In this document: positions 29,801 through 42,512 of the stretch, in pieces
How the letters are laid out: each line of letters begins with the position of its first letter
Position numbering within the stretch: position 1 is the first letter of the stretch
Source: Tubiluchus corallicola
Taxonomy: Eukaryota; Animalia; Priapulida
DNA length: 64,000 bases
NCBI GenBank assembly: GCA_030141605.1
Contig: JAQGDQ010000404.1
Location: 1 to 64,000, forward strand
Direction: 5' to 3'
The notes under the pieces: generated by a model
What the model was told of the DNA's origin: nothing
The model's input: only the letters and a program-made list of their open reading frames with translations
Databases searched by the model: none
Translations under genes and position numbers: made by a program

Positions 29801-32800
29801 AAATCTAGTTAAGCAAGTAATTACCATTCAAGTGCTGGCTGCGGTAATCCGGAAACGGTCATGAATGTTAAAAATGTATTTGCACCACATTCTATATAGT
29901 AGATATCAGAAAAGTACTGCTGTCGTCGAAGTGCAGTAGCATTGGTGCACTCTGAAAACTCTGCAAAAATTTTTTACCCTCCAATAAAAGTTCTGTAATA
30001 TGGACTTTCTTGCCAGTGTAGAAGTTGTGCTGTTATAATTTCTATGGTATGTGTAAACTAGTAGTCATTTAATAGTAAGGATTCATGCATTATGCCTCCC
30101 TGCTAGACAATTGTGAACAAACAAAAATCACAAGCAGTTCACGTGATGTAAATGTAATTAGGCATTTGAATATTCATAGATGAATTGCTCCACTAATCTG
30201 TCTGACTTTCAGTTTTAACCATTTGAACAAGTTGATGAAAAAGTTGCAGCTTTTCAGGTTTCAAGTAAAAATAATAAACCCGTGTTACACTTTTAATCTT
30301 ATGTTTTCGGGTAAAACTTTTTGTTACATATGCAATTGATTATAAATGACTAAAAATGTTGGAAGTAGCATCTAAGGACATCTCATTAATTATTATAAAA
30401 TGAACTACCATACCTGTGAGGATGTTGCAAGCCAAGGTTCAACTACAAATAGGAAAGTATAGAGACTTCAAAAAAATATTGAAATTTCTATAGAAATTAT
30501 ACCGTGGAAATAACATTGCTTGCACTACAATGCACTAATGTTCAATTATAAGTGTAATGTATATGACATTCAAGTAAAAACTAGATAATGCAAATTATGC
30601 ATTGTAAACATTGTGCACTGGCGTACTGCAGCATAATGTTTGGTTTTGATCATTTAAACACGTTAAGGAGTATAAATGACTACTAGCCACAGCAGCCAGT
30701 TACAAAAATATAAAATGGTGCACTACCCAGTTACTGTTCTTAAGGAGTTTGTTAATTAGTCTACAAAGTTTCGAAAGGTGCCAAAATGGACTTAGAAAGG
30801 TTGAACTACTGTGGTGTTAGTTCTCTTATTGAAGTGCCAAAATGCTGCACACAACTAACATTAAATGAGTATTAGCCTATACACACTATAGAATTTGCGG
30901 CAGCACAGCTTTTACACAAGCAAACTTAAAGTCAGTATGGCAAAAGTGTGATTGTCCAGATGACAAATTATTTTTTACTATTGCATTAAGTGAAGGAGTG
31001 TGCATATGGCTACTATAATAGTTACTATAATTATTATATCTTAAAGTACACAGTTTCTATTTGTATCACACATTTTTGTCTGAATAAAAACATAATACCA
31101 AATGGCTTGTACAAGAAGGAATCATATGCAGGTATAAAATGTGATGATGCAGTCTGATCGCATCTCAGTCCCTGTATGTTTGGTCGACATTCACACTGTC
31201 CTATCTGTTCCTCGCATGTTGTGACTAAAGCAGCCCCCAAGTTGCATCCACAAGATTCACAATCCTAGCCAAGTACAGGCATAGAACTAAAATATCTTAA
31301 TGTAGAAAATAATCATTTTGAACGTTAACGGTTTCTTTGTGTGCTTGAACTTTCTAAGCTTGAACTACTTATGACCAATATGAAACCAAATAAGTCAAGA
31401 CACAATTTCACGAATGTTAGAAATTTTATATGCTAACTTCAGCAATCTTTTGCTGTGACACTGCAAGTAATAACAGCACAAAACATTCTTTACAAAATGT
31501 TTTGAATGTTAGAAGAGCTAACTTTACATGATCACCTTGGCAATATTTTGATATAACACATCACTCAAAACATTCTGTCAAAGGTACCACAAAATCATTT
31601 TTTATGCTTTTTGAGTATATCAGAATGCATTTCATATAGACAATTAACATACTGTGCACACACATTATATGATTATATCCAGTTTGTCAGCTATTAGTAA
31701 ACCTGTTAGTACAAAGTTCTTTACCTGTTTATTGTACATGAAAAAGTTATGCAGGTACCAGAAACCAAGGCCAGAAAACACTAGAGATTTCTGTAATCAT
31801 CTTTGGCAGTAGCCTCCTTATTAACATTGTAAGGCTAGCATGTTTAAAAATGCAAAAGACTATAAGCAAACTTCAAAACAACCTTTCCAAAGAAACACAG
31901 GTCATATAAACTATGATTGGCTTGCTAATGCCATCTTTAAAAATATGTCATTTTAATAAACATACACTGCCAAATCGCTGTGGAAACGTATGATAGCCAT
32001 CCTTGCATTTGTCACATTTTAGAGCTGTAATGCCCATTTTGCAAAAGCACTGCCCACTGGTTTGCTCACATGCGTTATTAGCACCAACCGTTCCGCGTGT
32101 GTTACACTCACATGCTGAAAAATAATCATATTAATTGAGCCATAATCTGAAAAAAGTGATTTTTAGTCAGTCGTATGGCTACAGCACTTCAAATGTTGCT
32201 ATGCCCCGTGTTACATTAGTTATACAAGGCACTTATCAGTTCATAATAGAAAAAATGCGAAAGTACTGGTACTACTAGTACTAGCAAGAGAGCAGACTGG
32301 AAATTATCAAAACAGGATTGGAACACGATGTACAGTGAATGAAGAAGGTTAAAAACAAATATACTGGCATGTATTAGAAAGTAAAGTAAGAATATTTTGA
32401 ATGATAATGTTTGTGTCAGATGCATCCATTATATCTATTGCCCACTGAAAATATGAACAGCAGAAAACAAACACACCAAAATTTCATTTGTGATTCTGTT
32501 CATTGCATTTTTAGCTGCTAACCATAAATGTCAATTTCATCAAAATAGCTAATTGGTCATTTATTAACTTAACTGAATGATTATAAGCTAAATCTTTAAA
32601 CTTAGATTAATATACTAGATATTGTGAGTTACTGATTTGTTCAATGTGAATGAAATGCAAAATTTTCTAAAAGTCATAAACATAATGTAATAGATAATAT
32701 CGCAGCACTGAGTAAATTTTTTTGTCTGTAATTTGTCCCGATCTGTGCATAATTCCAAAAAGCGAGACAATCATTAAAATGAAATTTCAACATTAACGGT

Positions 32801-35800
32801 TTTTTCGAACACTATAAAAAGATTAATTATTAATATAGGGTTACTAAGTGTAAGTACACTCATATCTTGGTTTGCCGGACAAACGTGGGGAGACATCGGT
32901 CAGAATTTGCTGATTGTCTGTATTTACCAGTACTAAGCTAATACAGTAGGTGCCATGTATAAGACTCACGGTAATGTAGAATCAATCAATTAATTGTCTC
33001 AAAAACATCTAGTACGGGCCGCTCCTATGCAAAAGTATACAAAAACTGACTCAAATAACTCCACATAATTGACTCTATATTTTTATATAAAGAGATATAC
33101 ATGTGGTTACACTGATGTAATGATGTGTCTGTAGTATGCGGGACTTTTTAACGGTTCCAGATTTTGTCCGATTCTTCTGTTATCCGTAAAAGCGAGGTCC
33201 GGCAAACTGAGATACGAGTGTATTCACATTTACTTTGCACACTATAAATTGTGTCAGTTAGCAAGTAAACTGGCTTGAATAACTTACGTTTGCATGTCCC
33301 TATATCAGGCTCTACCAGTAATCCATAAAATCCACCAGCACATTCATCACATTTCTGACCAGTAATACCAACTTGACAAAGACACTGTCCAGACATCTGA
33401 CCAGTTGCACTGTCAGATTCAGCCAAGCAGGTGGCATTAGGATCCAATGTTCCCAATGGTTCACAGTCACACTCTGAAAGATTTATTTTCATAAATATGT
33501 TGTTATTAACTGAAAGGACCGACTTTGCTACCGCACTCCCATATGGAGCCTTCACATCACCTGCAGCAAAATTTCTACGACTTTTCCTCTACCTTTTACA
33601 ATTCTAATTTGGTGCTTACCTGCATGGACAAGTTTTGATCAACAACGTAAAAGATAACTCTTCTAATAAACAAACCCAAACAATATGGACCCTCATCGTG
33701 TAGACCTGGTTTATCTGGTATGATGACAATTTGGTATGTCTCCAGTTGTCAAGTAGAATTAGTAACACCAACAATCAATGAACACATGACAAGGTTAGCT
33801 GGCTAGTAATTGCATACCAATTACATATGATGTACAGGCTACAACACATGACATGCCTCTATGCATAACACCTAGCTAAGTCAGGTTCCTCACATTTTTA
33901 TTAAACTCTGTTCTGGCAAAATCATTTTTCAAAACATGGATCAGGCACATTTCAGTCTGCCTGCTCACTCTACATTATTATTGTCATATCACCTAGTTGT
34001 TATCTGAAGCTGCAGCATTCTTAATAACGTGCAAGATAAAGGTCGTAGTGCAAAGCAGTCAAGACAGAAACTGTTGAAAATAAATTGCATGCATCAAAGA
34101 TAACATTAGATGTCTTACAACTTAAATTAATCAGGAAATGGATGTAAGTAAAACTACATGTTATCTACTTCGAAACAAGTCATCAGGCACTTTAAGTAAT
34201 GCTACTAACTGAAATTCTGGTTAATGAGCTCTTAGTTCCAAAACTTCACAAGAGACTAAAGCAGGAATTTATTAACATTAATGAAATGGACCCCAACAAA
34301 AATTTGCTTTATTTGCTGTTAAGGCTGCACCATTCAATTGATTAGAAAGTTTATTAGCAAACTAATACATCTTAAGTTTAAAATTTAAAAACGAAACAAC
34401 TGTCACATTTAAAAGTGAAAAAACTGTCACATCAATGTAGCTGCAAAAATGACAGTATATACTATTTATTTTAAGTCACTGGCCATGACAATTATTGTAA
34501 TAATGTGCAAGTATTTACCAGCTCATTCTCAACTAGGAAAAAGTAAATTACAATTTGCTCTGTATTTAGATAATAGCACTGTGGGTGGAGTGTTACAAAA
34601 ATACGGTATCTGTCCAGCCACATGTTCATCATTGCAAGTGCCACGAACAAAACCTATTATCATACCTATACATATGTTCGTATCATTAAGTTGCAGGCTT
34701 TCATTTCTGTAGAAACCAGGCATACACTTGTCACAGTTAGTCGACATCGTATTATCTGTGCAGTTGATGCACACATCAGTGCGCATAGTGGAGTTATACT
34801 CGCATACAGCAGAATGGTTATTACAGTCGCATACTGCAAATTAAATCAATTAAACATGTAAAAATTACAAAAACCGTCATCAGGTTTACATTTTACTTTA
34901 AAGGCTACAGTATTTGTTCAGTTTAACTGCATTTGGCACTAATCTTATTTAGAATGGTAGAAGATATATAAATCTACAAGTTGTAATTTTGCTTATAGTA
35001 GAAACTAGCCACTAGATTTGAAACTTCAATTCAATAACAGACTTGCCAAGCCATTTCTTTCTGCTTTGCATAAAGGTAACACCAAAACATTTGATTTGTG
35101 AAAATAAAACGAAATATGTCACAGTTTCAACCAAGTACAGGAGTAAAAAAGCTAGAAGATGCACTTACGAAGGCACTGATTTGCTTCACCAGCTCTCAAA
35201 GGAAGATAGCTTCCTTGCACCCAAGGTCTTTGATTATAAAGTGGCCGGCAAACCTCGCAGTCCACACCAGTTGTTTGATGAGAACAAGTGCACTCGTGCT
35301 GCCCCCTGTTCACTTCTTCACATTTTCCATGGAGGTTGCAAAAACACCTAGACAAAAATAATAAATTTGGACAAGGAAAAGGTCAATTTAAACAAAAATG
35401 ACAACTAGAATTATTTAATGTCAATTCATTCTTCTACCGTCTTTGTTCATTTTGAATGAATTCACCACATGTTAGCATCAAGATGAGTAACATTATAATT
35501 ATTCATAATTTAAAAATTACTGTATTAATGATGGAAGCACACTTATTGAATTTTGAACCCAAACTTGTCTGAATAAAAGGAAATGTGAAAAAGTAAGGAC
35601 AAAGCCTGGATTTGAATCAGTGCCTTTCCTTCAAACAAGTTTGGTTTTAAAATTTTATAAAGGAGGGTTCATTTTTTACTATTAATATTAACCTTGATAT
35701 AAAGATTATGAATAATCAATTAATCATCTATGGATGGTTTTAGGCTTTAATTTTAAATTTTTTTGTTATTATAATAAAGCAATATATATGTTGCTTTATA

Positions 35801-38800
35801 TATTATTATAAAGCAAAAAAGCATGTATAAAAAAGTAAATAATGCTTATAACACAGATTAATTCTTAATGAGAAGAAAAATGACACTAACGTCTTAATAA
35901 TATTTTTTATTAATGCAATATCATATACATTGCATTATATATTGTTCCAACCTTTGTTCACCAACATTTGTTTAGTGCATGCAGCCTGAATAATACTAGC
36001 TGTTGCACTTTTAGTTATTTCAATGATTTAAATTTCACATTTAACCATGAGGTGCTATTTTTATTGTTTTTTCTTTAATGCAATGTGTTCTGGGTATAAA
36101 GGTATTAGCATTACTGTTGCCTTACTCAGTTTTAATTAACTGACTCTCTTATTAATGTAACAGCTGCAGAAACCAACTGTATAAGTACACAAGGTGCACC
36201 ATGTAATTTAAGCAATAATCATATTATTGACACTATGAGCACACTGTAGACAGACTTGACATATTATAACATTTTGAAATACAGGTTTTGTTTTCACTTA
36301 ATACTATTGCAGCAAAACAACATGTCACTCACCTGCCTGTAATGTTGATATTAGAAATTGCATAATAATATTTTAGAAATGACTGCTGACTGCCGAATAT
36401 TTCACGTCCGTCAGTCGCTGGATGAAGTAGCTGAATACGCAGATCAGTGAACACCAGAAAATCCTAATAAAAATGTATGATTACATGCTTTAGAATTGAG
36501 CATTGTCCATAAACAAAATTATGTTGTCTTATGTGCAAATGAACACAATTTTCCCATTTAAGTTATAAAAAAACAGAATGCAAATGTCTCCCCTTATAAA
36601 TCATGTTCACCTGAAATTCTTGGTTACGTCCCAACTCCAAGTAAAGCTGGTTCTCACTTCCACCACTTTGAGCAAGACGCAAACGTTCACTGATTGGTAG
36701 CACAACTTGGCCTCCAGACATCGGCATGCTGCCGCTGTACTCGTCTGTACAAATTACTGCGGCCAAACTAGATCTGGTAACAAACGGTCTCGCTCGTTGA
36801 TCGCGAAAGTATTTCTGGCAGTTGCGCTGGGAATAGTACTGCAACGGCTCCCATGTCTTCCCATTGTCTTTCGATTTAAGTAGAGCCATCTCTTGAGGCC
36901 GACCAGAGTTGAAAGTTATGATAACGTCATCTCGTAACTCAAACTGTTTGCCGTATGACAATGTCACGTTTATCTCTAGATTGTCAGGATAATTTGACCA
37001 AGTAACTGACTGCCACCAGGTTGTGTTACCATCGGCATCTACAACGAAATCGGGTGGGTGGCGTTTTGTAGCGACTCGTTCGTTACAAACGTCACATTCT
37101 GGCTGAAGGTCATCCTGCAAAATGTCGTTAACTTAAAAATTTGCTGCAAAATTTTGAAAACTTTTTGTCAGTAAGTACAGGGATAAATTGCTACTTTGCA
37201 TGCATTTAAACATCTAGTCTAATATGATCATGTATTCAAATGTAACTGAGCTTGGTACAGATAATTTAAGAAGACAGACACCAAAACAGCAACTAACACC
37301 AGAGGTCCAGAGCCCAGTAATATCACATAATATAATATTATATAATAATAATAATCACACAGGTATTAGCAAACCATTAATTGTCAATCATGAATGCTTT
37401 GGTAACAGAATTTGCTATCATTATCATTTCCAATATTACATACACATAAAAAAAGCTAAAACATACATGAAACATTGGCTTATAACTATAACATGTATTT
37501 TTTACACTAAAATAGCAAAAGTTGCTTTATACATCCTATATGATCCATTACAGGTTTCTTTAAAATAAAGATATTTCACAAGGACAGTGTTTCTATGCTT
37601 TACTATAAGAAACAACTTTCAGATTATATTTTGTACACTACGTAGGATTTTGTGATATGCAAACTTATGAAATCAGAAATATTATGTATCTATGTGCTCC
37701 TTCTCTATGAAACATGCAAAGGAAGCAAGCTTTTAAAAATAGGTGCCAGTGTGGCATTAAATCTAATCATTATAAAACTATCAGCACTGTCATTACTAAA
37801 TTTGTCTTCATAGAATAAATGATGATTAAACATTATTGGCCTCAGTATGCTTTTTTATGTCATTGCGTGTTGGAATGTAGTGCACATTAAAGAGAATTTA
37901 AAAAGCGGCTAAGTGAAAGTCATTTTAAACAACAATAATAAAAAAGTCCACAGTTTCAAACCAGAGTAATCATAGCCTCCTCATAGGTCACCAACCTTTG
38001 TTCAGTGCATGCAGCTTGAGTAATACCAGCTGTTGCACTTTTAGTTATTACAGAAGGATAGCTTGCTATAAACCATAATGGGCTGCAAAGCTTTACAAAA
38101 TAATGTGCTTTGAGACTAGAACTCGTGCCAATACGTGTGCTGGCCAACAAAAAAACTTTATTTAATTCAAAGTTTTATATTTTCAACAATTCAGATCACA
38201 GGAAGCTGAATGAGATATAAGTTATATGGCATATGACAAGGTCATGTACTTTCTGGTAATGTTGCAAATTTTTGAAATTATATCTGTTGAAGCATATCAA
38301 TGAAGATTTCAATCAGCCAGTGGTTTAATAGTTATCCAATTAGTTAGTGCAGAATATATGAAGCACTGCTAAAGCATGAATCACACTCAGTCTATCAGTC
38401 CCAGTCAATTCATCAATCAATCAGCTTGGAGGTGAAAGAGCGAACATTTCAAGTCATCATCGAATACCCATCATGCCTAATGCAGATCCTGGGCAGGCAG
38501 AATTCTAAAATAAAGAAATCTGCCCTTAACATAGGAGGTAAACATACCAGTTAATCCAGTAAACATAGTAGACTGCTATGCGAGTGGTTTTCCAGCACCA
38601 CTTCTGTATTCAAGCATACTTAGCCGAATAAACAAGGAGCATTTAAACTCTTACCAATGTGCAGAAGTCTTCTGGTCCCGTTTGACCGCACGTTGCTTCC
38701 GGTGGGGTCACTTCAACATTTACAACTGCACCCCCTACCAAGTTAAGCACCTCTTCACTTCCACATGCACGAAAAATTGTCTCACCTGAAGGAAATATAA

Positions 38801-39110
38801 TGTATCGAGAGAAACATGATATGAGTTAACGAGAAAACAATGTTAATGAAATCTATATTATAAAAATTTGCTTCAGTTACAAATGTTGGCAGCCCCTTGT
38901 TGTACCATCACTAACACATTACCAAAAATAATAGTACTCTAAGCTACGTTTTTGATGAAGCTACGCTTAAGCATCACCTAATTCAGGTCTTTCCTTACCA
39001 GAGGCTACAGTCTCTTCGCATTCATTTGTAAAAATAGCTGGTAAAGTATTTTGTCCAGTCGAAGGCTCAGTTAGCAGCAACATCAAACAAGCTAGTATCC
39101 ACGAGGCCAT
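12401..39110 (-). CDS. Laminin-like chain (~1904 aa): signal peptide, netrin-G-like LN, LE x5, LF (IV-B), LE x4, L4 (IV-A) within an LE, LE x2, coiled coil
   Basis: 27 phase-consistent GT-AG exons (-): 39110-38999, 38785-38655, 37114-36611, 36463-36333, 35347-35169, 34833-34666, 33473-33288, 32114-31966, 31264-31099, 29960-29825, 29730-29543, 28609-28430, 27884-27747, 26043-25900, 25328-24186, 23573-23400, 22985-22842, 22514-22339, 21783-21564, 20133-19952, 18725-18576, 17686-17573, 16701-16464, 16123-15945, 15194-15003, 13556-13407, 12541-12401 (5715 nt). LN motif TWWQS...YYYAISNINITGRC, 8-Cys LE repeats, L4 motif YFSAPFRYLGNNLYSY, and a heptad-rich tail. Coiled-coil exon boundaries are less certain. 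Confidence 0.88.
12652..13194. mobile_element. TTAA-target MITE (Kolobok-like)
   Basis: TTAA|AGGAAGACCGGACGACTG at the left end; the reverse complement of the right end reads TTAA|AGGAAAACCGGGAGATTG. No ORF. Confidence 0.7.
13238..13365. repeat. Small inverted-repeat element enclosing degenerate (GGGTTA)n
   Basis: AAGTTTACAATTCCCCACATACA ... TGTATGGGGAATTGTAAACTT inverted repeat around a telomere-like run at 13285-13328. Confidence 0.7.
14820..14854. repeat. (TA)n microsatellite
   Basis: Direct reading. Confidence 0.9.
20239..20983. repeat. 32-34 bp minisatellite (~8 units), split by a LINE insertion
   Basis: Unit CATATAAGGGTGCTGACACTGATAAATATTAAGA; about 4 copies at 20239-20368 and about 4 at 20841-20983. 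Confidence 0.92.
20369..20840 (+). mobile_element. 5'-truncated non-LTR retrotransposon 3' end (CR1/L2/Crack-like)
   Basis: ORF 20406-20660 has the ORF2 C-terminal signature (YGKNSITKQAIQLWNSL...SSLSIFKSKLKKHL), followed by a 3' UTR, AATAAA and a (TAC)n tail ending at 20840. Confidence 0.82.
32857..33220. mobile_element. Tc1/mariner (pogo/Tigger-like) MITE
   Basis: TIRs: CACTCATATCTTGGTTTGCCGGAC versus the reverse complement CACTCGTATCTCAGTTTGCCGGAC; TA on both sides. Confidence 0.78.
35961..36018. repeat. ~58 bp dispersed direct repeat, copy 1 (copy 2 at 37991-38048)
   Basis: CCAACATTTGTTTAGTGCATGCAGCCTGAATAATACTAGCTGTTGCACTTTTAGTTATT versus CCAACCTTTGTTCAGTGCATGCAGCTTGAGTAATACCAGCTGTTGCACTTTTAGTTATT. 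Confidence 0.8.
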
Positions 39111-39879
39111 CTTCTAATCTGTAACCAGTGGTAACAATTTACGCACAAGGTGACTGAAAACGTTCGGAAATGTCTTAACTCTCGTCTCTGAACCTAATTT
39201 GAATATAACTGCTTTTTATGCAGATGCTGTGCTTATCTATCTCATTTTTTAAATTTACCATTTTTTAAAATATCAACTCAAGCTTATTCAACAAAATGTG
39301 AAAGTCAAACCAGCAAGAAGTATGCACCAAACAATTCAACATGTACAGGTTTGTAACTTATTATTTACTGCAATATTCCTCTCTTGATAACACTTGCAAA
39401 ATCTAAATAGAACCCAAGAAACTATCAACAAAGTATGGAAACAATATGTTAAGACGGCCCTAACATGATGTAGCTTAAAATTCATTTATTTTTTATCTGT
39501 AAAGTACAACATAATGACATCAGTAAATTATAAAAAGCCCATAATTATACCGATTTTCTTACTAAAATAAAATCTATTCATGCCAAATAATTTTTCCCTG
39601 ACAAACATAATCACTTCCTGGAAATGCTTAAATAAAGTGCTATCGGTAAAATGCTCGATCTGCCGTGACGTACGTAAAATTATTTTTTTGTTGACCTTTT
39701 TAAATAAAACATGATAAATGGTAAATGTGCACATAAAGAATTATTCTTTCTCAGTTTCTGTACGTTGTTGCATTAGTGCTTTAGTGGTTTTAACGATGTC
39801 ATTCCTAGATCATGAATTGATAAATAAATTCACCTAATACTGTACCCTGCAAACTATTGTGCCCGTGAGTACATCCAAT

Positions 39880-40417
39880 CGAATGTGAAATGGGGAAAAC
39901 CGTCTGAAGTCATCTTTTTCTGAGTTTGTGAAACGTCGGACAGCAACAGCTGCTGACACAGTGAATGTACGAAATAAAAACAAATGTTGCAAGACGAACT
40001 GTTAATCATTGATCACTAGTCAATGCCTCATGGCAATATCCGATGATTATCTGTGTCATAATGAGTGAAATAAATGATCACTACTTTACTACAATATACA
40101 CGTGTCCCAGACCTGCTGGAGTCAGCTAGATCAGAGACTAGCGGAGTCTGCTTGACTTGTCACTACGGGCAGAAATAAAACATCCGCAAAAAACAACGCA
40201 CGAAAAAACCTAAATGTTGCACCTCGAGGCAGGACTGAAAACGCAAAAACAGGAATGCAAAAAAAAGCTAAATGAATATTAGCAAAACGTCATAAATAAT
40301 TTACTTTTTCCGAAAACCAATAGATGCGCATTTGTTTGCTAACTGTACCGAACTCTTTTCAGCATGGCTGCGCCCGGAAAATTGGTGTTTTATACTTAAA
40401 AAGTAATTTCTGAAAAA
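39880..40417. promoter_or_regulatory. Putative divergent promoter region between the laminin-like gene and TSC1, with a candidate TSC1 non-coding exon 1
   Basis: Locally CpG-richer. ATGGCTGCG (YY1-like) and CCGGAA (ETS-like) at about 40363-40379. Strong + strand donor GTGAGT at 40418. Inference only. Confidence 0.35.
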
Positions 40418-41634
40418 GTGAGTACATTTTTTCGTGTCATTTGTTTATAATTTAAAAAAATAACTTAAGATAACCAAGGAGGACTAACTTGTTTGATTAC
40501 CTAAGTCATTTTTAAGCCTGCAACGTTTGTTTCCCTTAAATCATACCAACCAATCGATGTAATTGATGAGTGTAAAATGCAGAAAGTCCGGGATCATAGC
40601 CCCTCTGTCAGGGGTATAGTGGAGATACTATGCCCCAGAAATTTTTGGGGTGTGAAAATCAAATTGCAAAAAAATAGCCAAAAACAAAAAAAAATTAAGG
40701 TAATTTTTGGCTACTACTGAACTACCTCATTGCAGTTCACTGTGTTTTATAACGCAGCTTTATATACGAATATGTTCATTTATACATAGGAAAAAAGCTC
40801 GGTAGCACACAAAAGTGCTTAATTTTCAATAATTGTAATACCCTTTAGTATATACATCGTGAGAATCATGAACACTAATTGTATTATTGCGAGTAGTTAT
40901 GTTCTTGTTAGTACTGATTGGCAAAGGAAGCCAGGTGATTAGCCAAACTTATCAAGCTGTGGAATATGTGAGAACTGAAATTGTGTAGTGTGGGTTTGAA
41001 AGACTTAAAATGTGTGTGACACACGCCTATGAAAAACTAATCTCGCTAAGCAACGATTATGTTATATTTGATGATTTTTGTAGGTTTCTACTCCTCACAC
41101 AATGGACTATCATGCAAAATTATATATGAAATGCATTTGCTTACCTTACACAAATTAAAAATTGGCTTTTGACAAAAAAGAATGAAAACCATTTCAGTAC
41201 ATGTATGCAGTGTTTGCACCATAGCAATGTACAAAATATCTGACTAACGGGCCACATTAAAGTTTCCCGCAATTCCTGTGGTCAAGGAGGCAAGAACATT
41301 ACGACCTAATAACGTTTTTTCTGCATCCAGTCTGCACACACCATTACTACAACACAGGAAAACTATTCTAGAAGTTATTAAAATTTATATTTAAAACCAC
41401 AGATTTCAACTTTCATGTCAGATAGTGGTAATTTTCTTGCAATGCATATTAGTACTGTGTATCACACAGTCTTTGTAATACAATGCATATTAAATTAATC
41501 TGCCTTGAAACACTCGATGTTCTTCTTCAATCTTCCTCTTTTTCTTATCCATGTTCTGATCTATAAGAACACTACTACTACTGAGGCTACTACTGAGCCT
41601 AAGCAGAAACTAAAATTTGGAAATCCCCCTATAT

Positions 41635-42154
41635 CAGGGGTGACCACGCTTTTACAGCTTGCTTGCTACTTACAGATTGATCTGTTCAGTTCAGTCATAT
41701 TGTTTATTTTTTAATTTTATTTTTAATTTATTTTGTAAAATAACCAAGTCAAAATGATCTACCTGCTATGACCAAGAAGGCAACTGGGCCGATCAACCGT
41801 CCCGATAACAGAAGCCTAGAGATTGGCAGGTTGGTCTTCCTATCAGCCAAACAGATTGCTTCTCACATTTCTTGCACATTTGAGCATTTCGATGGTGGCG
41901 TCTTTGGTAGTTTAATGTGTTCTGTGGTTACATCGCTTTTTTGTGTTCCAAGTGAGCAACGCGAAATTTCGTCATGTCCGACAGTGACATTAAGTGACAA
42001 CCGTCTTGTAATGGTTAATGCAATCCGTTCTAGTGGGAAAAAAGCTGGAAATAACCTCCTGATACTTGCGACTGAATTTATCGCCCGGGCCGCACTTTCA
42101 TTAAGTTGACAGACCTCTTCTTGCGGCCCACGGGCCGCAGTTTGCACACCCCTG
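41635..42154. mobile_element. hAT (Charlie-like) non-autonomous element ends
   Basis: The reverse complement of the right end is CAGGGGTGTGCAAACTGCGGCCCGTGGGCCGCA, a typical hAT-Charlie terminus. CAGGGGTGACC at 41635 is a possible partner. No 8-bp TSD is seen, so the pairing is uncertain. Confidence 0.5.
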
Positions 42155-42512
42155 ATGTACAGTATCACTTGTGTGAGATCGGCTAATGCAGGAAATTTAT
42201 ACAGGAAACACAACACTCTGATACACTTTGGTCTCAAGTCTCCTCTATTTTTAATGAGAAATTGTTGTTAAAAGATGACACAACCTTAATTTGTCTTTAG
42301 TTGATCAGTTAGTTTTTCCTGGAATAGCAGCAGAACTCTGCACATCAGACAGTGCTCTTGGGCTGTAACAAGCAGGCGATCAATAAAATAGTGTGTATGA
42401 TCGCGCAAGTATACAGGCTAAGCTGCTCAATGGGCTAAGTTGGAGTGATTGAAAAGGGTATCTTTTTCTCAATTTTGTCCAGTTAAATCTCTTATGAATA
42501 CTTAAACAAATA

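Noticed and set aside
30414-30442. Possible laminin micro-exon (AG...GT on the minus strand)
   Set aside because: It is 29 nt and would shift the frame; the flanking exons join in phase without it.
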